A stretch of DNA of 58,062 nucleotides from Vicugna vicugna (Eukaryota): contig MU058384.1 in the NCBI GenBank assembly GCA_013265495.1, forward strand, positions 64,044 through 122,105. Reading direction: 5' to 3'. How positions within the stretch are numbered: position 1 is the stretch's first letter; each line of letters begins with the position of its first letter. The position numbers and the translations under genes were made by a program. Below the pieces are notes generated by a model. The model did no database searches. It saw only the letters and a program-made list of their open reading frames with translations, and was not told where the DNA came from. Below are positions 1 to 12,762 of this stretch, piece by piece.

Positions 1-2739
1 TACACCAGGGGCTATGGTCTCCGTCCCTGAAAGCAATCCATAAGATTTATAGAATCAACAAGTTTGAAAATCTTGTTGCAAATTAAGGTTGCCTTTCTGA
101 TTCTACCCTTAAAAATATTGTGCTGGATGACCTTGGAAGAAATAGCTTATGCTCTCCAGTCTTATTTGTTTTTTAAGGAAGCAATATTTGTTATGGAGAC
201 TAAATTATTTTAAAAATTGCCTGTATATATAGATGAATGCACTTGGTATTTCGGTCTGTTATTTTATCATACTGCCTCAATTCAGGATATGTGTAGAATT
301 CTTTCTATTTTCTAGATGAAGATAGATTATGATTTTTATGTGATGTTTGAATGAGACACAGGCAGATTTATTTTGGATTTTACTTTAACTCATCATGACA
401 TTGAGAACTATGCAGCTGTTTTGTTTGTTTATTTCTGGCATAAAAGTATGATGCGCTTGGAAAATAAAATGCCTCTTCTGCTAGCTTAATGCTTCTTTAA
501 TTCATATGCGATATTGCATAATTGATATCTAAGCCAATATTGACAATACTTTAAAAACATCTTAACTGTTTGGTGTAATTCACCAGGGAACCTATCAGAC
601 CAGTTTAGCTATTTTTTAATCTATTTGTTCTATTTTTTCCTAATTCATGAGAGAGATGTATTAAGCTTGTTTGTTCAATATGCCATGTTTAATCAGAAAT
701 CTGACAATTTATGAGTTAATTGATATAAAGAAGACTCATCTTTTAGAAGGTGTACTTTTTTGCCAGTGGGAGAAGGTGGCAGGTCAACAGACATGTAATT
801 TAGAAATAAGGTAGGAAGTTTGCCAACTGTGCAGACGACAGATCATAAAAAAATCTAGGTTAAGGAAATAATGAGGGGAAATCTCTGAAAGCCTTCGTTG
901 CAGATTGTGTTTCCTAAGCCAAGGAAGAATAAATATTTAAGATATATCAGCTGGTCAATTACAAAAAATTCTGCAGAGAGATATTTAAATTGAAGACTAA
1001 GAACAGATGATTAGATTTGGTATTCAAGGGATCACAGATGACCTTAAAAAAAAGTGTCTCATTACTATGTCAGAAAGAGCAGCCACATTCCATAGAGTTG
1101 ACAATTTATCTGTATAAGAAGTGTAGTGATTGACTTGATAATACCTAACGCTTTGAATTTGATTCTTGAAGTATTTTGGAGACCCAGTATACCATGGCAT
1201 TCCCTGCTTACTCAACCTATAACTCACTTAATAATTTTACGTTGTATTTGTTTTAGCTGCCAATGTCCCGCGTAGGTAGAAATGACAGTATATCAGCAGA
1301 ATAATATGTTTTAAAAAATTAAACACTGAGTATGTTAAAAACTGATGAAAAGGAATAAGAATAATCTGTACATAGTCTCAGATGTAAATACTCATTCCAG
1401 TTCCTTGATTCTCTGTATATTCCAAATTGGATTCAATTAGACTGGCAGAATTACCAATCTTTGAGCCATGTTACAGATCCTTCTACAAGACAGCTTTCAT
1501 TGAAAACTGTAAAGTTATACATTTGAATTTACAACATTGAGTCATATAGTTGACCTTTTTTTAATTATTAAAGTCTTATTGGGTTTTTGACTCTTGTATA
1601 GAACATATGCCAAAGGTACAATGGTAAGATTTTGTTAGGTGGGTTTGAGGGCAACTGAGAGTGACATAGACTGAGGATCAGAGCAGAAATATGGAATATG
1701 ACGGGCCTTGCAGAGTAACTTTGGCTGACATTCTAGTTCTTAATTACATGTGAGCAACTGCATAGGGGCTCTCAGAAATGACAGGGAGTGACTTTGAATA
1801 TGACTAGAAGTTCTTATACAAGTAAATAAGGTTAAGGACAATTTTTTTTTTGACAAAATGATAACTACTACCATTAACCCATTTCTACCCAAAAGGCAAA
1901 GAGGACTGGGAAAAACATGAATTTTATTAGTCTTACCATATGCATACTTCCCTTCTCATAATCCATTTCAAATCCTCTTCAAAATAGTCTAAGTCTGTTA
2001 TATAAGTTACTAGTCATATTAAGCAAATTAAATTATACAGTTGGAGAAATAGTTTCAAATTAGAGAAAGACATAGGTCATATTTGTTCATGGTGATGATG
2101 TAGTGACCTTGGGGATATGTTGGATTATTAAAGTGCTAAATGGTGATTTTAAAACATGACTTTTTAATATTTGGCAGCATGGTACTATTTCAAATTTTAG
2201 GCTAAATATAGAGCAGAGGAAACAATTGAGAAGGAAAGATTTCTGGAAACAAAATGTGAGTGTATTTAGAAATTTAAGATATATAATAAAAGGAGATGTT
2301 ATATATACATATATTTACAAACACATATACCTGATATAAATCTACTGTAATTAAGGCAATGTACTGTCTATGAAAGGGTGAACATGTTGATAGGTGGAAT
2401 AGAAAAGAAGAGACCAGAAATCTTGTGACCACAGGACGCCATTGTCATCGGTGACCATCAGATATCTGTAATGATGTTTGTAACTGCCTGACTGTATAAT
2501 GGTTTGAAGGGTTTTTCTCATGCTCTTGCTCCCCGGGGTGAGGCTGGAGAGGAGGGAGGTTTGGGTGGTTTGACCAACCCCCTGGTGGTGCTGCGTGAGG
2601 GGACCGTGCTCAGCGCCCTGCTTTTGCCCCGACTGCCCTCTTCTTAAACCCAATGCCTCAGCAACAGCAGCTGGATGTTCTGTGCATCTTGTTGCACAGA
2701 GCCTGTAGGCCAGTATTTAGGGCTGCTCTGCTGATAATC

Positions 2740-3500
2740 TGCCAAACTGGAAACAGCACAAATATCCATGATCTGATGACTTGATTAGCAGACTATGGAA
2801 TATTCATATAATGCATACTACTCGGCAATAAAAAGAAAGGGAGGAGGAATGGATAAACTGGGAGTTCGAGATTTGCAGATACAAACTACTGTATATACAG
2901 TAGATAAAAAACAAGTTCATCCTGTATAGCACAGGGAACTATATTCAGTATCTTGTAGTAACATGGTGAAAAAGAATCTGAAAATGAATATATGTGTGTT
3001 CATGTATGACTGAAGCATTATGCTGTACATCAGAAATGGACACAACATTGTAAACTGACTATGCTCCAATAAAAATATATATACAAGAAAAAAAATTTTT
3101 TTAACTGATACAGATTTTCTTCAAATGTCCAGTGATCTTTAAAAAAAAAAGGAATGAACTAATGATATGGGTAATGACATGACTGAAACTTAAAATAATG
3201 ATGCTGAGTGAAAAAAAAGGTGGATGTCAAACAATGCATACTATATTATTCCATTTATTTGAATTCTGGAAAATAACAAAACTAGATGGCAAAAATTCAA
3301 TCAGTGGTTGCTGTAGATTGGGGGTGGTGGACAGGGACAGGCTCTAAATAATCAGGAGACTTTCAGGTGACAACAGTATTTCATATCTTGATTGTGGTGG
3401 TGGTTATTCGACTGCATGAGTTTTTTACAAACTCACATGACTGAGCCTACATGTAAAAAATTTCTGCTTACTCAATGTAAATTATACATTTATAAGTCTG
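2740..3500 (+). mobile_element. Old L1 (L1MB/MC/ME-type) 3' fragment, interrupted by a younger L1 insertion at 2835-3150
   Basis: CCAAACTGGAAACAGCACAAATATCC...TACTACTCGGCAATAAAAAG continues after the insert as AAAAAGGAATGAACTAATGAT...ATGCTGAGTGAAAAAA, matching the old L1 ORF2 end and 3'UTR. Confidence 0.75.
2835..3095 (+). mobile_element. 5'-truncated artiodactyl/camelid L1 3'UTR
   Basis: GGGAGTTCGAGATTTGCAGATACAAACTACTGTAT...CTGTATAGCACAGGGAACTATATTCAGTATCTTGTA...ACAACATTGTAAACTGACTAT; AATAAA at 3068-3073; A tail at 3088-3095. Confidence 0.9.
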
Positions 3501-3914
3501 ACAACTTATTTTGAAAACTTAGAACAAAAATAATTGGCTTCTGTGTGATTCCTAGTAGTATCATTGTGCATTCTTCTGGTATGTGTATAATATTTCACCT
3601 CTCCTTATGAAAAAGTATGATCCATAGTCATGGTCAATGTGTCTCTCTTTTATTCCTAATGTTTTTCCAAACTAGGAAGTATTCCTTCATTGGTTTATCT
3701 GTTCTTTTATTTTTTTTCCCAATCAGCATAAAGTTCTTAGGTCAATTTTACATTCCATTATTAAATCAATTCATAATCATTCAATCCTATTTTATTAGTA
3801 TTTGCCATAAGAGGTACCTAATTTTTTGGCACCCAAAAATCATACCAATTTTGTTTTCCACTAACATAAGCTCATTATGTAGGAGAGATCAGAGTTAAGA
3901 TAGCATATGTAAAA

Positions 3915-4090
3915 GCAGCATAGTAGAGGGAAAGCGTTTCAGGCTGTCATCACAATGTAATCGTACTTAAAATTCTGAGTCTATTACTTTAAGATGTGTG
4001 TAGCTTTAAGTAAATTATGTATTCATTCTAAACCTTAATGTTTCATTCTATAAAATGGAGATAATTTATGCTGTCAGATTATTCTGAACA
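3915..4090 (+). mobile_element. MIR SINE
   Basis: Degenerate MIR core (TTAAGTAAATTATGTATTCATTCTAAACCTTAATGTTTCATTCTATAAAATGGAGATAAT). Confidence 0.65.
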
Positions 4091-4244
4091 ATTCTTCAGA
4101 AGTGTTCTTCTTCAAAGTGTTTTACACAGGCATTTGAAATTGAAATTGAAACATGAAATTCAGACAGACATATCTTGAAAATCTACACTTAAAATATTCA
4201 CTTCTTTTTGTTTTATATTTTTATTTTAGTTATTCATTATAAAC

Positions 4245-5230
4245 TAAGGTAAATTTTATATTTAGTGACATTATATAGTGAAATGCATATATCTTATGTT
4301 TATAGGTCAACAAACTTTGACAAATGCATACATCTGTGTAATTCACAGCACTAATACAGGAATATTTCTATCACCTCCTAAAGAGCCTCAGCCATTCCCC
4401 ACTCCTACTTCCTGAAACAACTATGTTTGGACTCTTACCACCATAGCTCACTTCCATATACAGAACTTCCTGTAAGTGGAATCACATGATATATACTCTT
4501 TTGTCTCTGGTTTCTTACACTCGCCACAACAATTTTGAGATTCATTCACAAATACTATTATTGCTGAGTATTATTACATAGTGTGGGCATACTAGTTTGT
4601 TTATTCATTTCCTATTTTTGAGCATTCTGGGGTTGGGCTATAGTGAATTAAGATATTATGAATTCTTGTTCAAATAGTGTTATGGGTATATTTTCATATA
4701 TCTTATACAGACATATAGAAATAGAATCACTAGATCATAAGGTAGATAAATTTTTTATCTTTAAAAGAAACTGTCAGATTTCCAAAATTGCTTTACTATG
4801 TTTCTCTCCCACTAGTAATTAAAAGAGTTCTAGTTGCTCCATATCCATACCAACTGTTAGTGTTATTGATCTTTTTTAAAGTTTCAGCCGTTCCAGGAAT
4901 ATGTATTAATAACTAATTTTGATTTTATGGTCCCCTGACATGTAATAATCTTGAGTACATTTTATGTGTTTATTAGCTACTTTGTCTTCTTTTGTGAAAC
5001 ATTTGTTAAAGAATTTTCCCAATTTTTATTGACTTGTGTTTTTATTATTGACTTTTAGAATTGCTATCTATTCTAGTCACAAGCCCTTTATCTGGAGTAC
5101 TGATTGCATATGTTTTTCCTCAGTCTGTAGTTTACTGACTTATTTTCTTAACGGCATCTTTTGATGAACAAAAGTTTTAATTTTGCTGAAGTGAATTTAT
5201 CATTTTTTCTTTTATAGTTAATCTATTTTC
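4245..5230 (-). mobile_element. Old L1 3' end and ORF2 C-terminal remnant
   Basis: Antisense L1 signatures: AACTTTGACAAATGCATACATCTGTGTAA, GTGGAATCACATGATATATACTCTTTTGTCTCTGG, TTGCTGAGTATTATTACATAGTG, CTTTTGATGAACAAAAGTTTTAATTTT. Confidence 0.8.
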
Positions 5231-5731
5231 TATTGTTTTATAATTTAATATAGAATAAAATAGTAAGTAGAAGGATATGCTTGCAAGTAAAGGATATATT
5301 TTGATGAGAACCTGTTTTATAAGACTTGTAAAAAAAAGCCAGGTACTTACTAGAGTTCAAAGCCACTGAGATGGCAAATTAAACCCATCTACTATAACCA
5401 GCATTACAAATGTTGTTACTTACTATGGAATATAACTTAGACAATTACCAAAGATAAACTATTAAAGGACAATTGATATTTGGGATATAGCAAAAGATAG
5501 CAAGGATACACAAGGGATGTTAAATAGGCATGGGTGAGAAATATCCCAACCTATTTAAATGAAAAAAAAAGGAATAAAATGACTTGAGAATATTTTTATT
5601 TGAAATAAATAATTTTGTCAGGGGTTCACAATCTTAAAGTGATTGCTTTTACTCATTCAATAATTTATTCCTGCATCCCCTGAATGTGATTCATTTATTT
5701 ATTCAAGAATCATTTATTGAATAGCTACTAT

Positions 5732-6389
5732 TGTTAGAGCAGGCAGATAGCTAGATATGAGCAGAGAAAGGGAGACACAGACCAAATTGTAGGAATTGGG
5801 CAGAAAGGAGGGGCCCAAGCCAGATGCATGAAACCACACATCATGTAAGCAGCAGGGGTGCCTGAGCAGAGAAAGAAAAGCAGGAATCTATGGGCTGATA
5901 ACGGATCATGCCTTTTGGAGTGACAAGTGGCCTGGAGAAGAACAAAGAAAGGTGAGAAAAGGAAGGAATTTCCAGTGTCCGAATGTAACCTTTTGCTCAT
6001 TATGCCCTCATTTCAGTAAAATTAGCTTTGCAGATCAGAAGTACCCATCATGCACCGACGCCATGACACTTCTGATCCAGATTAAATAAGGACAAAATTC
6101 CCTCCTCCCTTTGGGAAGGTGGAGTTGGGATGATAATCAGGAAATAAGACCCCAAACCCTTCCCTCCCTAATGAATATTCCGCCTATTCATCTTTACACC
6201 CTATGTAGCTAACCTGCCAAAGAAACTCAGGGCAGCCGCTCACCTGAGCCTGCCCGCTCTCCCCTTGAGGGTGTACTATCCATCCTTTAATAAATCCTCA
6301 CTTTACCTTTTTAACCACTACATCTTGTCTCTGAATTCTTTCTGGGGCAGGACAAGAACCTGGAACACTGGTTGCATCTATTGGCAACA
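5732..6389 (+). mobile_element. ERV solo LTR (ERV1-like, 658 bp) inserted in an L2 tail
   Basis: Starts TGTT and ends AACA; exact 4-bp TSD CTAT at 5728-5731 and 6390-6393; AATAAA at 6289-6294; flanks rejoin as the L2-type CATTTATTGAATAGCTACTAT|GTACTAG. Confidence 0.88.
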
Positions 6390-6639
6390 CTATGTACTAG
6401 TCTTGCTTTGATTTGCTCTAAGGATGAGGGAATGCTAAAGTAAAGTTTCTGAGCTAAGCAAAGAAAGGATGCTTCTTGCCTCATTGTGTTCCTTCCTCAT
6501 GTTTTAAACAGTGGAGTTCAAAGGTCAATTAAAAAAAGAGGGAAAGAGAGGAGGAGGGGGAGGAGGGGGAGGACGGGGAGCAGCAGGAGCCAGGGCAGCA
6601 TTTACTATTTGTGAGTTTTCTAGGGAAACATACAAAAAG

Positions 6640-6908
6640 AAGACAAACTATGGTTACCAAAGGGGAAAGTGAGGGGAGGAATAAATTAGGAGTTTGGGAT
6701 TAACAGATACACACTACTGTAAGTAAAATAGATAAACAACAAGGACCTACTGTATAGCATAGGAAACTATATTCAATTTCTTGTAATAAGCTTTAATGGA
6801 GAAGAATCTGAAAAAAAATATGTATGTATGTATATGTATAACTGAATTGCTTGGCTGTACACCTGAAACTAACATTGTAAATCAACTAAATTTCAATAAA
6901 AATAAAAT
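6640..6908 (+). mobile_element. 5'-truncated artiodactyl L1 3'UTR
   Basis: ACAAACTATGGTTACCAAAGGGGAAAG...GGAGTTTGGGATTAACAGATACACACTAC...AACAAGGACCTACTGTATAGCA...CAATAAAAATAAAA. Confidence 0.9.
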
Positions 6909-7469
6909 TAGACAAAATACTGCTATGAAAAGAAAAATTATTGATAGTCGACAGTTTCTAATCTATTAACTGAGCAACCTGAGCTAAACTGTGTGTTTGT
7001 TTTTTACTGAGTCTCCTCAAAGAAATTATTCTTAATTTGGGGACCTCATTGGCTCTGTTTATTCTGTTATTTTTTTTTTAGTTAGATCATTAATAAATGT
7101 TTGAGGAAGTCAGGCAAATAAAGGATCTTGAAAAATAAGTGGAAGTTCTTTAAATTAGTGATCAACGGAAAATATAATGTTATACACTTCTCATTTTTAT
7201 AACTACCACTCGGCATCCAGGCATTTCAATTGTTTGTAAGTACTTATTTCATAGTAGACTGACTAAATTATTTCTAAATTGATATTCTTTATGTCTTTTA
7301 AACAGTAGGTAATTGCATTTAGACAATTCTGCATCCTTCTGGGTAATATTCCTTGATCTTAGTCTGTTAATAAGTTTCATTTTAAAGGTAGGTGCTGTGA
7401 TATGTCATCTTCAGTCATGCAGCACACCCCTAAAATATTTACCAGAACCCTCTTAAATATCCATCACAC

Positions 7470-10400
7470 ATATTTCTGCTTCCAATTATGATGTAGAAGT
7501 TCTGGTAGTTTCTACAAAGTAAATAACTTCCACCACTTAAGCTTGGGGAAAAGTTACTACAAAAATCATATTATTTTAGAAGACATTAGGCAATAAAAAA
7601 CCTTTCCAGTTAAGTGGAATCCACTCCCAGCTCCCTATTTTTTCTCAAAAAGCATTTGCAGATCTGGGCATGGACTGAGGTATAGGCTAGCCATAAGCAG
7701 AATGACTGCAGGGGTAAAGATAAGCCAGTGGAGATTTAGATTGCTGCATTGGCTGATGAGACAGTTTGAAATCTGGAGAGCCTAAATGCAGAGCTGCCAA
7801 TTTTCTCCCAGTGGACTATAGCTGAGTGCTAGGCAGCTTGGAATCAGGATGGAAACATGGAATGGAATTCTATACAGTTGAACAGTGCTTAAAAGTCCTT
7901 GCAGGGAGACAGGTGTTAACAAGCACATGACAGGTCATATTCTTAAGATTTTTGAAACCAGAGTGAAAATGAGACTGATGCAAGCTTCAGCCTATCCTTG
8001 GTCATGCTTGATTCTTGATCGGTTCAATGTGATCAGTCCATCATTGGCTACCTAAAATAGAAAAACGTATTTTGTCTCAGGGGAAATGAGCTTCAAGTTT
8101 AGCCCCTTTGTCATTTTAGAAACAATGTCTGATATTTAGTAAAAATTGAGAGACATGTTAAGAAGCAAGGATATGAGATCCAAAGCAAGAAAATGTGCTC
8201 CAAGAAAATAGAGCACATACAACCATGCATTTACATAATTCATGTGTGAAAATTAGCAGAAAACACCTTAGTATTATTACTACTATAAACATGTTAAGAA
8301 AAATGGAGAAAAGAGTTAAATATGTTGGATAAAACCTGGTAATTTCAGCAGAGAAATGATATTTATTTTAAAAGAATCAATGTGCAAACTAAAACTGAAA
8401 AATTAATAACTGAAATTAAGGATTCATTTAATGTGTTTATCATAAGAGAAAAACAGCAGAAGGAAAGATCAGAAGCTTGAAAATCAAGAGAAACTATCCA
8501 ACCTGAAGCTCAGAGAAAAATAATTTTTTGAACTAACAAAATAAAACACAACAAAGCATGAGAAACATGAAAGGGACATTGTCACATTTTAACACATAAA
8601 CTTTGGCGTGTCAGAAGGAAAGGAGAGAAAGAATACAGCAATAAATTGTTTTAAGAAAAAATCGTGAAAATTTTTCCAAAACTGATGACAGAGATCAGCA
8701 GCACATTAGAGAATTTCATTAAATCCCAAGAAGCATTTTGGAATTAATTGGGAGGTAGAACAAATTATTTTAAGCACTCATAATCAAATTGCTGAAAATG
8801 GAAGATAAAGAGAAAACCTAAAAAAATAGTTGAGGAGAAAAAAGAAATTATTCTTGAAAGGGCAGCACTAAACCTGATGGCAAGATATCTCACAGAATTA
8901 TGGAAGCCAGAAATCAATAAAAGAAACATTTTCCCCCTAGAATTCTATAGCCAGCAAAAATATCCTTGATCAACCAAGATGCCATAGAGATGTTTTAAAT
9001 AACAAAAGTTGAGAGAATTCGTCTTCAAGAGAGTCATAGTACTATAAATACTAAAGAAGATCTTTGAGCTGAAGATGAATGATCCCAAGTGGGAGCAGAA
9101 AACTTAAGACAGGAATAAAGAACATCCCATATGGAAATTATGCAGGTTTATATAAACAATGTCAATGATTATTTAAGGATCAACACGTAACACTGTCTTA
9201 CAGATTTTCGAATTTTTTTTAAAGAAGTTAGAGATAAAATAATAGTTATGATGATTAATTACACATTATTTTTGGTGTGTAATTCTATGAGTTTTAAAAT
9301 TTGGTTAGATTCATGTAACCATGACCACAGGCAGGATACAGAGTAATTTCCCTCCCAAACTTTCTAACATATATTAAAGTTCCTTATATATTCAAGAGCC
9401 AATCCTCTGGGGATATGTGATTTTAAAATATTGTGTCTCGGTCCAGTGGCTTCTCCTCAAACAAAGGGAATACATTAACAAATTATGTACAATACTTGTA
9501 TGTAGAAAAGCATAAACCATGTTTTACAGAAACTAAAGAGATCTAAATGGAGAAATTTATCATAATGATGAATTGGACATCTCAATATTGCTAATACATC
9601 ATTCTCCTCAAATTGATTCACAAATTCAAAACAATTCCAATCAAATTCAAAGTATCCTTTTTCTTAGAAATTGATATGCTGACTTAGCCATTTGCACTTG
9701 ATTAAGAGAAGAAAAATGAAGAGCCAAAAACAATTTTGAAAAGGAAAACACAGCCGGGGGATTTCACTATCTGATTTCAAGTCTTCCTATAAAGCTATTG
9801 CATTCAGGACAGTGTGGTGGTGGCGTAAGCAAACTCACAAAGCTCAGTGAACTTCTCGAGAATAGGGGATTTACAAGTCCATCCATATATTTTTGGTCAA
9901 TAGATACCCAAAAATGGTATCAGTTCAATTCAATGTGGTAAGGACAGTCTTTTCATCAAACAGTGAAGAAACAATTGAATATCCATTAAAAATAAACTTC
10001 ATCTTTTTCCTCACACCAAATTAAAAAATCAACCTACAAGCAACTATGTACTTAATGAAGAAAGTAAAAGATAAAAATTTAGAAAAAAAATACACATTTG
10101 GTAGAAGCAAAGATTTATTAGGTAAGACACATTAAAAGCATTAAGTACAGAAAAAAATATACTTTTAAGTTCATCAAAATTAAAATTGTTCTGTCCTCAA
10201 AAGATATCATTAAGAAAATTAAAAGTTCTCTCAAATACATTGGGATAAAATTAAAACAAAACATATATGTACTAAAGTTTTGTATCAAAAATATATTAAA
10301 ACTCTGACAACTCAATGTGAGAAGACAAAGAAACCAATAAAATAATCAAATATTCAAACAGACTCTTCACAAAAGAAGATGGACAGTTAGCCATCAGTTT

Positions 10401-11400
10401 AACATCAGTAATTAACACAGTGTATAAATTAAAACCATGATAGGGTTCTACTACATAACTTCTGTAACAGTTAATATTAACAACACTAATAAGTGTTGGA
10501 GAAGCTATGGTGCAATCAGAACTCATACGTTCCTGGAGGTAATAGAAAATTGTGCAACCGTTTCTGATGTGCAACATTAGAAAAATGCCTTGCAGTTTAT
10601 AGTTTATAAAACCAAGAAATTAATGTGAATGATAACAAAAAGACTTAAGCAAGAATTCTCATAGCAGTGCTATTCAAATAGCCCCAAACTGAAAATAACC
10701 AAATGCCCATCAGCAGGTGGCTGTATAAAACAAATAGTGGTACATAGTGTATGATTCCATTTATTTGAGAGTACAGAATAGACAAATTCATAAGACCAAG
10801 ATTAGGTGAATGGTTTCCAGGGGCCAAGGGGAAAGGTTACTGAGATTGACTATAAAGGGTAGGGGTTTCTTCCTCTTGGAGAGATAAAAAATGTTCTGAA
10901 ATTAGACAGTAATGATAGTTGACCAACTCTGAGAATATACTAAAACCCACTGAATTTTGTGATTTAAAAGAGTAAATTTCATGGTATGTGAATTTTATTT
11001 CCATAAAGCTATTAAAAACAAACTGTGTTATAATAATAAGTTGGATTACTACACTGCAACTAAAGGGAATAAATTACTGGTACCACGTGATGGCTTAATC
11101 TCAAAAATATTTTACTAATTGAAGGAACCGGAAAAAGGAGTGCACAGTTTTACTCCCATGTATATTAATTCAAGAAGAGGCAAAATACATTGATAATGAC
11201 AGAAGTCAGAATATTCAGGATAGTTAGAAGTCAGAATACACGTATGTATTCTGGAAGGTGGCATAGGTGGAGAAGAGGCATTTTAGTATAGCTTATTGAA
11301 ATTTTCTATAACATCGCTTGTGATTATTTGAGTGTATGTAAGTAAATATCTCTGAGACATAACACTAAGGATTGTTGCACTTTATGCAAATTACTGCTAT
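7470..11400 (+). mobile_element. Ancient fragmented L1: 5'UTR/ORF1 remnant (about 7470-9150), ORF2 3' half and 3'UTR pieces (about 9460-11400), with nested fragments
   Basis: A-rich ORF1-like remnant (GAAATTAAGGATTCATTTAAT...AGAATTCTATAGCCAGCAAAAATATCCTT); ORF2-like CTCCTCAAATTGATTCACAAATTCAAAACAATTCCAATC and CTTCACAAAAGAAGAT; L1MB-like 3'UTR at 10640-11015; short opposite-strand L1 piece at about 9215-9455. Confidence 0.75.
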
Positions 11401-12592
11401 ATTAAATCTTTACAAAGAAAGTAAGCACTACTTTATTGTGAACTTTTATTGGGAATTATATAAAAATTTCATCTTTTGGAAAACTTCAATAGTCAAGGAA
11501 TAATTGCTTTTTATACCTTATCATTAATACTTATGAAATTATCAATAATTGTTTAACTGCAAATAGTACAATGTCTTAATTCTTTTTTTGTCATAACCTT
11601 GATGAGACTGTGGCAGATAAAAAAACTTAATGGGTAAACCCTGAATAGCTTCAAGTCTAAAGGATATCATTTATTCCGGGTAATACTTTTATTGTGACTC
11701 TATTTGTAACCATTCCAAAAGACAAGAAATTATAACATTGGAGTAATGTGTAATAAACTATGCTTAGGACATTATAAATGAAAAATATTCTATAAAACAC
11801 AATTGGATGAAAAGACATAGAAAAATAAATCTGCAGTAACCCATTAAAAATATATATGGTAATTAGTGATGGGTGGAATGTCTCAGAAGTAATTCAAATG
11901 CTAATGAATCTGGTCAAATCTTTCAGCTGGGAAATGAGTGGACCTGTTTTTGTTGTTTACTCTGCCAGCTTCCAATTTCTCTCAGCTGAGAAAATCCTTT
12001 TATGAATTAATAAAAGCTTTCCAGACTGAAAATAGGGGGATACACAGCTTAATGGCTAGAATGTGTTGCCAGGATTTGGTAATGTAGACAGTTTGTTATG
12101 ACTAGAACAATGCTCCAGTGTATTGAACTTTAATGTTGAAATGTCAGCTTCTTTCTGAGCAATTCAGGAGCCAGGCCTACACCTGCTTGCTTTTAGAAGA
12201 CTTGTCATTTGCATTCACCTCTGACAGGTAGAATTTGTGAAGTCAGTATGGTGGTAACATTAGGCACTTTTCATCTTCCAAACATAAAAACATGTGTTAA
12301 TAAAACTGCTTTTTTTAAAAAACAGCTATCCTCCATTTTCAACATTGAAAAAAGAAGAGGAGGGCCCCCACAATCTGGAAAGAAAGGGCCATATAAATCT
12401 TTGTATTTTATCTTGAATTCAAGCTTCTTCAAAACAGTAAGTTTTTACTTCTGGAAAAATATTGTAATTTTTTAAGCCATTACATTTCACATTGACCCAT
12501 GAGTAATAGATGCAGTTCAATTTACAGTGACTAAGGGTGATCAAATGTGGCTTGACATTAAAATCAAGCTACAAAGAATAAAATGGTTCACA

Positions 12593-12762
12593 TTTTCATG
12601 GTGCCAATTTTAAACATAGGTTTTTTTAAGACATTGCATTTTCCACTTACAATACAGTGCTTATAAAGTGCAATGTCACTTCCTTCCCCTGTGCACACAT
12701 TCCATATTCAGGTATCAAGAATGCCTGGTTATTTACATGGTAACTCAACTTTAAAACTGCCC
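12593..12762 (-). pseudogene. HSPA8: 5'-truncated processed retrocopy of the HSPA8 (HSC70) mRNA, 3'UTR only
   Basis: Minus strand reads GGCAGTTTTAAAGTTGAG...GGCATTCTTGATACCTGAATATGGAATGTGTGCACAGGGGAAGGAAGTGACATTGCACTTTATAAGCACTGTATTGTAAGTGGAAAATGCAATGTCTTAAAAAAACCTATGTTTAAAATTGGCACCATGAAAA, which I recognise as the conserved terminal HSPA8 3'UTR. Confidence 0.88.

Noticed and set aside
1..34. Minus-strand acceptor TTTCAG followed by DGDHSPWC, resembling the kringle motif NPDGDxxPWCY
   Set aside because: Only 26 nt are visible, the next codon starts with A (not Y or F) and the pyrimidine tract is weak; cannot be supported
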